Of a stretch of 64,000 bases of DNA, positions 11,901 to 24,342 are shown one piece after another. The notes beneath the pieces are model-generated. The model did no database searches. It was not told the origin of the DNA and was given only the letters and a program-made list of their open reading frames with translations. The stretch's first letter is position 1. The number at the start of each line of letters is the position of its first letter. Where the stretch lies: NCBI RefSeq assembly GCF_008831285.2, contig NC_045138.2:40672001-40736000 (forward strand), written 5' to 3'. The stretch comes from Nymphaea colorata (lineage: Eukaryota). The position numbers and the translations under genes are program-made.

Positions 11901-14900
11901 CCTGCAAAATAGAAAGGGACAACAGAATAAGCATAACCACCATCAGAAAAGATCAACTAATTCATTAAGTACTGATAGATCTATACAAACAATGGAAAGT
12001 GATAAAGTAACTTAAGACGGTGAGGTATCAGAACATTTATCCAACATAGGTGTAAGTTGTAATCCCGGTATGACATGGATATTTTTACAAATGCAAGAGA
12101 AAAAAACTGGTTTGCATATGCATCGAAAGTCAAGTAGAATACAATCTAGACCACCTAGATTGTGACCAAAACTGTGTAACTTAGGTAAGGGTAATATCAG
12201 TTCCAATTGATAGGTTAACTTAATATTGCACATATTGTAGGCACATGTATGCATGAAAACAATTAGGAATTTAAATCCATTAAAGAAGCAGGATAAAATC
12301 TATTATCAAACAAACTGAAAATGTGCGGTAGTTGAGTTGAGATATAAATAATTACTCCCTAAAGAACAGAGGAACTAGGGAAAAAATGGCTTTGTTGACT
12401 TCCAAAGAACCTTTTGAAGTTCTACTCGCAGGTATGATGAACAGACAAATAATTTTTTCTTTTCTGGTTCAGAGCATATTTCCAACATGATTCCTAGTTG
12501 TGTTCTCAATCAATCATATACTATAGATGACAAGAAGTTTGTGATTCTCAAGTGTTCTGGATATTACAGAACGAAGAATATGCTTCAACAGGAATATTTA
12601 GTCTAAGTGAGCCTAGATTTCATCATATGATGAACAATCCATTGGTTCATGCCACAACAGTCTGCTGAAGCTTGCAACCAGAAGCCTAATGAGAATTTCA
12701 GTCAAATTCCTAATGGTGTTTCTGTCATTTTCTCCCAAGAACGTGTATTTATCTGAAAAATATTGAATAAAAAAGAATAACTTGGCACAGCACAAGGAAT
12801 AGAACAAGCAGTAAGAAGGTGCACCTGACAACCAAATCTTGTTTACAGTGTCCACAAATACACCTCCCACAGCTCTCTCGTTTTGATATCAGATGTGAAA
12901 GCCAATCCCTTCGCGAAAACCTTCTGCGCCCCTCCTTAGTGATAGGTCCCAAGTTCATTTTCTTATCTGCACGGGCTAATCTCTTTTCTTCATAAACTCT
13001 TAACAAGTTCAAGGGAACAAAAGACTCATGCAGCCAATACTTCTCCTTTTCGCCAGAAGCATCCTCCAGCTTTATTCCGTTTCTTGTCACAATATCAGGA
13101 ATAACTTTACGTTTTCCAAAATCCACCAGATATTTTACATTTTCACCCTCTATGGACTTCCTTCGAATGGTTACCTTCTTCCATGGCCTCAGTCTTTTAG
13201 CAGATTCATGGAGGAAGATTTCAGAACCTATAATGTTGTTCCACTTTATATGAGCATCAAGATCCCTGACCTGGAACAAGAAATGCAATGTCAATATAGC
13301 TTGAGCAGAAACGGAAAGGAATATCAGAAATGGATGAACAAGCTTCCAAAATTCAAAGTATGAGTTAGGTGAAGAAGTCCATCAAATTGTAATGAATGCT
13401 CACCTGGAGTCCAAGATCAGTTGCGGTTAGTGAAAGCTCAACAGAAGCTCTCCAAGCAAGATTCTTGGGTCTTTTGGCAAAATCTGAAGCCTCAGGGTAC
13501 AAAATACCGGGTATTCTTTTACATCCAGCTGCAACATAAAACCCATAAAGAATTTGGTAAGTACTTCCTAACATAGTCTTTGTAAACCAAGAATTAAAGC
13601 CAAGTTGGAAAGCTTACCTTGACGTCCACTTCTCAAAGTCAATACACGAGGCAACATCTTCCATCGGAACAGTTGGCGAGAAATGCTTCCACCGCGCCAC
13701 CAATGGACACCAGATCTTATAGCTGCAATGTCTGGGCCTGAAATGGTTTCTGAGTATAAATTTTTCTTCCTAGACCGCTTTCTGCTACCACCACTTACAG
13801 TGGGTATGTTATCTAACTTGGTTGAAACAAAAAGGGCAGACCCCAATGAAGCAGATGAATCAATATATTTTAGCCAATCCACTGCAAGTGCAACAGGTCG
13901 GACGTTTGCCTCTAACTGTAGCATGACAAATGGAAAAAAAAAAAGGTTACATGCTTTTAGCTAGAAAAATGTATAGCTCAAAATCTAATGACATCTTTAG
14001 TTACTTACAATTAGTAACTGGCGTTTTACTGCAGTTATAGTTGATGCCTTCAGAAGGTTTTTACGCCAATGTTTCCTGTATTGTGGATTCTGCCAAGGAC
14101 CAGACAGAAGACCATTTAGGTGTTCCTCAATAGAAAGAATATAAAGCACAATGGATGTAAGATGACTTTTTCTATTCTTTTTTGATCGGAGTCCAACAGT
14201 TTTCTTCTCGGAGACCACCTCAAAGTTCTTATCAGTCATTCTAAGCAAACAATCTTTATCACTAGGATTTCTGCATGTAAAGCACCATCCACACTTTTCT
14301 TGCACCATCCCTAGAGCTTTTCTTTCAACATTAGGCCAAGTGAACATCCTGCTGGCACTGGAAAAGACTTTAAGTAGTGGTAGCATTGTGTCTGAAGTAG
14401 ATTTGTTCATGCTTTCTTGGATCTCACTGGGAAATGCATGGCTTACTTCCTTAGCAATTGATGAAGCAATTTGTCCTAAGCTATAGCTGTTGATATACAA
14501 GCTAGGTTCAGATGGACATTTCAAAGCCCCATCCTTGCCTATATCTGCCAATTTACTGCTAGATATCATTGTATTTATTTGTTTATCAGGAACTGAATCA
14601 AGGATAGGCTTCTCCACCTGCATGCTGTCAAGCCTCACACTAATGGTATTAGACATATCATGCTCACACGAACTGCAAACAGACTTATTGATTACTGAAC
14701 CAGCTACAGTTTGACTATCTTCAACCCACTGGATGGCTTGCTGAGAGTCTTGAGCACTGGATGTTACTTGTAATGCTGCAGTTGAAGCATCCATGTTTGC
14801 AATAGGACTTCCTGTATGTTGACTTAAAGCTAATGAACCTACTACATTTTCTGATTGTAGACCATTTAAAGTATGGGATCCACCAATGGTACATGCAGAG

Positions 14901-17900
14901 GATTCATGTTCATCTTTTCTAACAATACCGTCACCATTTTTGGGCACCTCCTGTGTATAACTTGATGAAGGCACCAAAACCAAATGGGTGGAATTGTTTG
15001 GATAGCATGCATTAATTCCACCAACAGATTTAACATACTGAAGACTAACATTTTTTGCACTGTCAGAGTCAACCGGCACTTCACAGTGTGACAATATAGC
15101 ATTTACTATTTCATCACACACAAAGCTAGATGACTTTAGCATTTCAATAACTAAGTTCAAGTCCTTCTTGCTGTAATAGCAGCAACTACCACCCTCATCT
15201 GAAGTCAACCTGCATTTTGATGTCAGGTAGTATCAATGACATGCTGGTCATAGCCTGTGTATTTGTTGATAAAAGCAAACAATTCTTTAATCATCACGAG
15301 AAAAACATTTCATTAAAAAGCAAAAAAGAAGGAACTCTCTAAGAGAACATTGTCCAATCCTTGTCATGTAAGGTCATATTCATCCTAGCTGAAAAAGATT
15401 CACGGAAAAGCATCCATATGTAACAATGATTGAGAAAGAATTCCAAGCTGTGCTGCTATTGTTCAGGTGCCCAACCAAAAGCATTGAGCAAAGCTGCATA
15501 AATCTAGCTAATCACTTACAAAAGGGAGAAAATGAAAATGGAATAAACAGGATCCAGATGGAGAATTCACACTAAACCATCTGTATGTAATCTATATGCA
15601 TCTACCTGTATCCAGTGTGTCCACATCATAACTTGGCAAAGGAATATGACCAAGCACATGTTAATATTGTATGCTTAACGGCAGTTACACAAAGTAAGCC
15701 TTACATGCATGCTGCCCATGACGATAGTAAAAGCCCACTGTCCTTTCAGGTTTCACTCATCAATTATAGCCCAGACATGTGATCTTTTACACTTCATATG
15801 AAGGAGACACCAGAAGTTACAGAACACATACACTGGAGACATGAAACCAAATATTGTTCTTTGCCTGTCATCACAAGTTCTGTGTCGTTATTCAACCACG
15901 CCCACCCATCTAATACTCTACACAATGGAATACCTATGAACATCCCCTTATTAGGATTACAGTGAAATAACTTTAGTACATTATTTTGTGGTGTGAGTGC
16001 ATGTGTCTATTGTGACCTGTACCACCAATGCTGGAACAATATAGTACTGCACTAAAAGCATGTCATAATAAGTGATTCTGTGAAATGTATGCATGTCCCC
16101 GTGTGACCTTGTACTACTAAGTACCGACACAAAAAGATAATAATGCACTAACAAATGCAGAGGAGTTTATTATAACTGAGTGGCCCCAAAAATAATCTGG
16201 AAGTACTTTATAAAATAAGACAAATAACACTTACACCAAGAGATATCCATAAGTAGCAAAATAAATACGTCCAAGTGGATCGATACCCAAAAGTTCTCCT
16301 CCTTGTAATGGACTACATGACTTAAACCTCCCAACAGTTTTATCCATTACACATTCTGGACAATACCAATCACCCTCAGGCAGAAGATCCCTAGAGACTC
16401 CCACACACCTTGAATGGTATGCAGCAGGACATCCGTCACAGCAAATCAAGTTTCCATCCATTTTACATAAACAGCAGTCATCACTATTCCAATCATCATT
16501 TTTAATATCTTCAATTGAAGCTTCAAAAGGATCTTGGCACAAAGGAGAACCCTCTAATCCATCCTTCTCCAAGGAAATGCCATGCTTTGTTAAGTCCGCA
16601 TTTACTTTCCTTTTCTTGTAACTCCTGTCATTCGTCAGTGTTGAACTCGTGGAACCAAAGAAATTCACGGTTCTATCAGTTTCTCCATATAACGCAGAGA
16701 CCAATGCCCTTCTATCAATTTCACCTCTTATTTCCTCAGTCTCCATGAAATCATCACAGAGACATCTGAGAACCTCAAGTTTTACAGCTGCCGGCTGTCT
16801 GTAGTACTCACCATTCAAGAGATTCAGTTGAGCAAGTTGCAAACCAGAACTAACAGCAGATCCAGAAATCAAAAGATATTCGACAAGGTATACAGGCCAT
16901 GTGAGCAAATCTAAAAGCTCCCAGTCGAGACTCCTGCCATTACGAGAGATGTTATAAGAAAAGTGCATTCACTAGCAGGAAAATTATTAAATAAACAAAA
17001 AAAATGCAACATAAAATCGCCTACCTAAGGCAAGCAGATGCAATTTTGGAATCATCACCAGAAAGAGACTTCAAGTGGCGTTTGAGTGCATATAAGAGAG
17101 AAAAATGAATGCAATCTATAAGAGGATTAACAAAAGTGGATTTCAGTGCTGCAACAAAGGCTTCGATGGTGAAAGGGCTTAAAAACAAGAAAGTACTAAA
17201 CGATCTTAGACAGCTGTAGACGGAGAATATATCGAGGGCAGGAAGCTCATCTATGCCCAGGTCTTTGGAAGAAAGCGGTAGTGATAGAGTTGGTTGGATG
17301 CAACCGTGATCCTGCGGAGGATCCTTATCAACCAAATTGACATGATCATTATTCATAACCGCACTTGCAGAACTCGCCACAATTGACTCTGGGTCGCTGG
17401 GGAAAGCACTTGAGGAGTCCAGAATTATCGCTGCCCTTCTAGCGCTTCTTCTCAAAGTGACAGGAGGGAAAGACGTTCCGTTCTCCGAAAGCTTGCGCTT
17501 TGAAGACCTCCGACGAGGTGGCGTCTGAAACTGAGCCTCCACGCTTTCCACAGGCAGGCTGCCGTTCCTTTCTCCCAGGTCTGCAGCTACATTTTCCCCG
17601 TTTTGGACCAATTCTGATGCAATAAGAGGGTCGCTCTCTGAATTCGTAAGGCCACCATTCTCACGAACCTGGTGATCCTCCTTTTTCATTTGTAGTTCTT
17701 CCAAAGCCCTAGAGGAAGCGGCTCTACCAAGACCCAAAGCAATACCACTATCACCATTCCCATTTTCACAAACCTGGTGATCTTCTTCTTTGATTTGCAT
17801 TTCTTCCAAAGCCGTAGAGGAAGCAGCTCCATGCACACTCAAGGACACACCACCATCACCATTTTGGGTTCCTTCAAAGGCACCAATAAAACCATTCTCA

Positions 17901-18760
17901 GCCACAACCGTAGGGCAGACAATTTCCTTCGAATCTAATGCACAATCTTCAACTTTCTTTCGCACTTCTCTGCAAATAAACGAACAGCTTTCTTTTCTGG
18001 CATCCCCATCAAGTGGATCCCTTGCGTCCACCTGATTCTCTTCGACACAGCCAGAAACCCCCTTTTGCTCGGCATCAAATGCATGATCACAATTGACACC
18101 TGAGGTTTCTTCCGATGCCCCAAAAGTCCCATTTCCGTTCAAATCCGGCAGACCCTTTATCCCATTATCTTCCAAACCCCTAGATTGACCGACTTCATTT
18201 GCATCACAAAAGAAAACACTATCTGCTGTCCTAATTTCGATGGAAGAAGCAACTACTGCAGTTTCGTGCCCTGCCAATTCCGAAACCCTAAAAGAATGAT
18301 CCGCCTTTGAATCCCCATTGATTCCATCACTTTCCCCCAACGTGCCCTGCGTCAATGGGGTGCTTCCGAAACCCTCTACAAAACCGACCTCCTTCACTTC
18401 CTCCACCTCTAAAACCCCCGAACATCCCATTTCCGGGCTCCTGCCTGTCTGCAGGCCGTTTTCCGCCATGTGGGTGCCCGCTGAATCTTCACAAGAGCCA
18501 ACTTCCTCCAACTGCTTCCCGTCGACGGCCCAGCTCGCAGCTTTTCCGGCCACCCGACGCCGTTTCTTGGGCGGCCTACCCCTGGAACGCCCCTCCTCCT
18601 GCAGAACGGACGCGATCTCGCTCAGCTCCAGCTCCTCCGAGTCGCCATCCTCGTAAACGACCCTGAAGAAGCCCGTCGATGGATCGTACGACTCAATTAC
18701 TCCAGCGAACACGCCGAAGCCCCTGAACTTCTTCCTCACGGCCTTGCCCACGAACTCCAT
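8933..18760 (-). CDS. DDT-domain/PHD-finger chromatin protein, PTM-like family (about 1806 aa, 9 coding exons)
   Basis: Exons 18760-17025, 16933-16235, 15209-14009, 13915-13618, 13528-13404, 13270-12825, 11901-11873, 11107-10595, 9306-8933. All introns are GT-AG and in phase; total 5421 nt. Motifs: N-terminal Tudor-like MEFVGKAVRKKF…YEDGDSEEL; DDT region FSVYSCLRSFS.FLFLSPF…LDLLTWPVY; PHD WNSDDCCLCKMDGNLICCDGCPAAYHSRC…WYCPEC; WWRGG motif; C-terminal PHDs CGHC…CESCEGFFH and CFIC…CEICREWFHGDA…CYKC. Confidence 0.93.
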
Positions 18761-19045
18761 GCTCGGGCGAACCTCGAGCATCCCCAGAAACCACCCACCG
18801 TGCCTCTTCCTCCCTTTAAAGCAGCCGTCCTCATTGCGGGCACGTTTCTTGGGGTTAATTTGGAAGAGTGGAATCACCTTTTTCCTGTTTTGTTAACGAC
18901 CTAACACATGACGAAATGAAACGATCAATCAATCAAAAGCCCTAACAACGGAAAAAAACATCCCGAATCGACCGTTTGTCGATGATGGAGAGAGATTGCA
19001 TGAAATTCTGGGGACATTTTATTTCTCCTCGCCACCGTCGAATCA

Positions 19046-19053
19046 TTTCGCGG
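19046..19053 (+). promoter_or_regulatory. E2F-consensus site upstream of the PTM-like gene
   Basis: TTTCGCGG matches TTTSSCGS and lies ~290 bp upstream of the ATG in a GC-rich promoter region. It is a short motif and function is untested. Confidence 0.35.
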
Positions 19054-20211
19054 CATGAAAGCCCGGCTACCCCACCTTGGCTTCTGGGTAATCTTCCTTT
19101 TCCGCTTTCCGGCTGGAGTCTCGCTTCAGGACACAAGTAGGGGGGCGCGAGCGTGGAAGATTCAAGGGCGGCATGGGTAAACGCGGAGTATGGTCAAACT
19201 TTTGGCCAATTTTTTCGAATCTTTTCGATTTGCGTATTGTGATGCATGGAATTTCTATGAATTCAAAATTTTCGAGAAATTGTGAGTTCTCCGTCCACAT
19301 TTGAACAGTCAAACAAAGTTTTTGCTTTAGTCTAACCCTCTTGAAGTGTCGTTTTTGCACATTTATTGTCGGAGGGATCAATTTTCTGAGACCTTGTGTT
19401 GTGTGGACGTCTTCACCAGCTTCGTATATACTTGTGTGTGAGAGAATCGAAATCACTTCTAATCACAAACTTAAAGAGTTTTTTGGGGATTGATGCCGTT
19501 CAAGAATTAAGATCGTTTCACACAACATACGACGACCAATTTTTTTGCGGATTTATGGATCTATTAAATGCTCAGTTTCTTGAAATGTTCCTCACCATCA
19601 TAAAAGATAAACGAGGAACTAAGCAGATGTTCTTCACAGGCATGTTGGTCTACCGATGACGTGCTCCAACTTACATACGAGCATGATTTTACTGCGGAAT
19701 GTTTTATGCTTCATTCAAACTTCTCGACTCGAATCACTGCATCCATTGCCCCTAAAAGTAAGCCACAGCCCTTGCTGAATCAAGTTTCAACCTCTGCAAA
19801 TATAAATATGTAAAAGTAACAATTAAATAACTTTCAAACATGTAATTCCTTTTTCCATGTGCTTTTCGTTTTGGAAGACGAACTCAATTCATGCATTCTA
19901 CATGGTTTGTTTTTATTAATTCATAGTTAGGTGATTACAACAGTGTGAAAATCAATGATCTTAAGAAGTTCTCGTAAAAAAAAAATTCTTATCTGAATCG
20001 GTATGACAACGCCCAAATATCTAATGTCTGAGTCGAATATCATGCGGGTGAGTCGTTAATTGCTTGATGTTCTCCAACATTTGTGGATGTGTCGTTTATC
20101 GGTTTCGGTTTTATCCACCATGATTTAATCCCGAGTCCGGACCACGACAACGACAGTTTCTAACTTTTCTTTCTTTTCAAAATAATTGATCAGGACAGTT
20201 TGGTACGCTAT

Positions 20212-20245
<34 letters not shown>

Positions 20246-20526
20246 CTTGTATACATGTACAAAATCCAAATATTGTGGAATTTGATCTGAAAACCAGCTA
20301 GCTATCCCTATAAAGATTTCAGCCAAATTTCTATTTTCTATCGATTTTTAACGTGATGGTGGATTTGAATTTTTTTCTCGGCCTAAGATTTGCTAATCTT
20401 GATTAGACTTGTTGTGTAAACCAATTCTGAATGTGTCACAAAACGTACGAATATGAGCGATAATCAGATAATGTAGCATTTAACCATTTCTTCTTCATGA
20501 TATGTTGTTCAAAACTCCCCACTTGC

Positions 20527-20814
20527 AGCCTGTTTAAATGACATTATTATAATGGTTGGAAAGGAAAAGAAAAGAACAGGAATGATTAATAATTGGAAGG
20601 GAAAGGAATCTGTCCCAACTTCTCTAATTTTGAAGGGATTGAAATTACATAGGCAGTCATTTTCTTTTGCTCACTTTCCTTACCTTTTCCTTGCATTCAA
20701 ACATAGTTAACATGTTTCATTTTCTTTCCTCTCCACCTTAATAAACCATCCAAATGCTTGAACGCTTGCCCTTTCCCTTCCTTTCCTTCATCTTTCCCTG
20801 TTTCCAAACTGGCC
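20527..20814. mobile_element. Possible decayed Tourist/PIF-like MITE
   Basis: The ends agcctgtttaaa … tccaaactggcc resemble GGCCTGTTTGG…CCAAACAGGCC termini. The left part is purine-rich (ggaaaggaaaag) and the right part mirrors it with pyrimidine-rich tracts (cttttcctt). No clear TSD. Confidence 0.35.
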
Positions 20815-21134
20815 ATCAGAAATTGAACATTGATCCTATACTCAATACAAAAGCATTTTCACTTCCAAATTTAAAATTATCTCACTTTAACGTTCACGTC
20901 CTCTTGGGGCTACAAATTTCCTTTTTTTTATCTAAGATCTTTAGAGAATGTTCACTAAGCCAGAGGCACAGCCGTTGCCTTTGCAAAATGTGATATACAT
21001 ACATAGTTCATGGATTTATCTGTTCATGTTTGGATAGAGAAATCTTCCACCTTTTTACAGAATGTGTTTAATCACGCCCACTTAATACATTGCATTGGCG
21101 GCCATAATCGAGTGGAGATCTGGATGGCTGGAGG

Positions 21135-21171
<37 letters not shown>

Positions 21172-21197
21172 AGAGAAAGAGAGAATTAAAACTGGGG

Positions 21198-21326
21198 AAA
21201 ACTACAAATATTCTTTTTTCAGATGTCTGGTACATTTCCATTAACTTTCCCAAAGTTGGAAAAAACTACAAATATTCTTTTTTCAGATGTCTGGTACATT
21301 TCCATCAACTTTCCCAAAGTTGGAAA
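21198..21326. repeat. Tandem duplication 2 x 64 bp
   Basis: aaaactacaaatattcttttttcagatgtctggtacatttcca(t/c)…aactttcccaaagttggaaa repeated at 21198 and 21262 with one substitution. Confidence 0.95.
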
Positions 21327-22393
21327 GGGAAAAGTTAAGAAGCTTGGAAATCTGAAAAGTAGGTACAATCAAAGAGGCCCTTCAGATTAAAATGGTAGCT
21401 GGGAGCCCAAAAGGAGTAGACATAATGGGGCAGGCAAATAACCGTGGGACAAGCAGTTACCTTTCAACTCACGATCACCATTTCGAGCCGAGTGATCGAG
21501 GAAGACAAGGTTTTGTTTATTATTATTTATTCCGTGAGGATTCAGGACTCTGTTCTCTCTTTTGGCTTGTGAGGAAAGAAACTTCCAATAGTAGTTTTTA
21601 TTTGGAAGAAGGAAAGATTTTTCATTTTACTTAACTGAACCAAAGAAGCGCTACGAGTTAATACTTGCCTCTAAAATTTGGGAGGCTATCAATCTAAAAT
21701 ATTTTTACCGGTAAAGCATCGTTTCTATTCTTATTTGTGGTTAGCATATCAGCAACGTTTAGACCACTATGATCAGTTGCAGATCTTATTTCTACATGAA
21801 ATTTGGAGCAACATGACCGAAAATACTCAACAAAATTGAACCTGTCCCGAGGTTAAGGGAAATTAAGATGAAGAACCTAGATCAAGTCCTGACCCTGCCA
21901 CTCTGATGCCAGAGTTTTTGCATGGAATTAACTTAGTAAACCCTGGTGGTCAACACTTTAAAAGGTTCCTGATGGAGGGAAAAAAAAAAACAAAAAAAGA
22001 GTGGCAGACATAATGTAAAGAAAGTTGAGGCAAACAACTTTTATGGGTCTATCAAATGTAATTTAAGATCAACCGGTGAGAAATCAAGATCAAGAACATT
22101 CTTTTCCAATGAACAAATAATTAATTCTAATGATCAATCAAATGGTAACTATAACATTATTTTAGACAAAAACGCCTCCACCATTCTGGTAATTGCGGTA
22201 AAACATAACCGTAAATTCTTGCTCAGGCAAGAAGTTTGAAAGCTGAGAATTTCAAAATTCCAGCTCAGCTAACATTACATGGACAATTAAAAGGAGAAAA
22301 ATGAAAAAAGATTTTCCTACTCCTCGTTACAGCAGCAGAACCTGTGTTCTGCCAACGGTGTAGATATATTAACTTTGCTTGAAGGGCAGCGAC

Positions 22394-24296
22394 TCACTGA
22401 AGTTTTAGCTTACTGTAGTGATCTGCAGCCATAGACAGAGACTGTATTGAAACAGGAAATCCAGGACCCATCTGCATTAATAAATTTAAACAAGTTAGGA
22501 AAAGGATTTAAAGGTACAACTTTATATCATGATTATGAGAAACTTACCGTGCTACACAAGGTAAATGAATTCACGTATCCAGCATACTTGGACGCTAGAC
22601 AGGAAATGACAAAATTTTAGGCATTTGAGCAACTTGCTGTTGTAAAATTGCTTAGAACTAAACCAAATTTAGGCAGATCAGAGTAGATGACAAACTTACT
22701 TTTCTTCAGACCCACCGGTTTTGCAAGCAAAAGGGCATTTACAAAAGCTCCAACATTCTCACGAAGGGCCTCATCAGCGAAATTCACCTGAAATGTTGCA
22801 ATGCCTTCATGTGATAAATGTAACGGAACCATACAAATCTTCATACCTACGGTAAATGGTAATTTTATCAATAGAAAAGACTAAAGTTGGCCCATGCTTG
22901 CATATAACATTTGAAGGACGTGCTCAGTGTAAAGTGTAACTTATCTAGGAAGCACGTTAGCACCTCCACATATTCAACAGGTGCAAGTTTGCAAGTTGCA
23001 ACAGACAAGCACCGTGATTTTGTTCATATGATCTTTGTTGTGTGCAATGTTTTTGTGTGTGGGCATCTGTGTGTGTGTGAGAGAGAGAGAGAGAAGAGAT
23101 GTACCAAAAAATTTGTTGTATGGCAACATGACGGTTGTAGAAATAATCTTTTGTCAAGACAACACCATAGTCATAATCTCTTATACCTACTCTCAATGAG
23201 AACACAGAAATGTACATGCAGACAAGTAGAAAAAGTCTGATACCTTCCCAAGGCCGACATGCACGATGGCAGTTTTATCAATTTTAAAATCAACGCGACC
23301 GCGTTTGGCCTCTTGTACAGCAGAAGTGACATCATTTGTCAACGATCCTAGCTACAGTTCAGAAAAAAAATGAAGCATTAAGACTGGATATGATCATATA
23401 TGATATCTGTGTTCTGAGAGGAGGGGGGGTAGAGAACTCACTTTAGGGTTTGGCATCAAACCACGAGGACCAAGAATTCTTGCAATCTGATAAAAATGAT
23501 TAAATCAAGAGTTCAAAACACTCTAATTGAAGAAATTATTTTTTCCACTATATTACAGCATTGTCAAGAAGCCAACCTTCCCAAGTCGGGGCATAAAACT
23601 TGGAACTGCAATACATTTGTCAAAATTGAGCTTGCCACCTCCTGCAAATTTGGGTTTAAAAGTTACATGCAGTACATGTTTTTATTTGTAAAGTTAACAA
23701 AACTACTGATCAGGGAGATACCATGCCATGCATATAAGAAACTAACTTAAATGAAAAATTTTGTGAATGCATGACATCCCACAATGATGATTGTCATCAA
23801 AAGGTTAAACGCACTGGTAAGAAACAAAATTTTGTTTTATCACCAACAGGAAACTTTGCAGTTTTATTCAAATGATGCTCCAGCCCCTGGGACTTGTACT
23901 TGGAATGCCCACATATTTTACTTTTTATGAGATTTTTTTTTTGCAAATTATGTTGCAAAAATTCGCAAGCTACACCAATTCCAGGAGCATCTATTACAAC
24001 TCATTCACAGCCTATAATGATCATCACTAAGAGAGCTGAGAAATCAGTGAAAAAGCTCTTTCAAGGTCAACAAATTTGTGATCCTTAAATAAATAAAAAT
24101 GTATATGGAAATGAGAAGCAAACCATTTTTTATTTGTTCAATCAGTTCGTCCCCACCAACTATATCAGCTCCTGCAGCCCTGGCTTCATCAGCTGCTGAG
24201 CCTTCGGCAAAAACTGCAACTGTGACAACCTGCACATTCACGGTTGTCATTCTATGAATTTCAGCATATTATTTTGTAAATTTGTTTATATCAAAT

Positions 24297-24342
<46 letters not shown>

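Noticed and set aside
17790..18666. Plus-strand ORFs overlapping PTM-like exon 1 (likewise 27802-28728 over uL1 exon 1)
   Set aside because: Antisense shadows of GC-rich coding exons, with no independent coding signal.
18761..18877. N-terminal extension of the 618-aa ORF upstream of MEFVGK
   Set aside because: It starts at a GTG. Family similarity begins at ATG 18760, so this is most likely 5' UTR.
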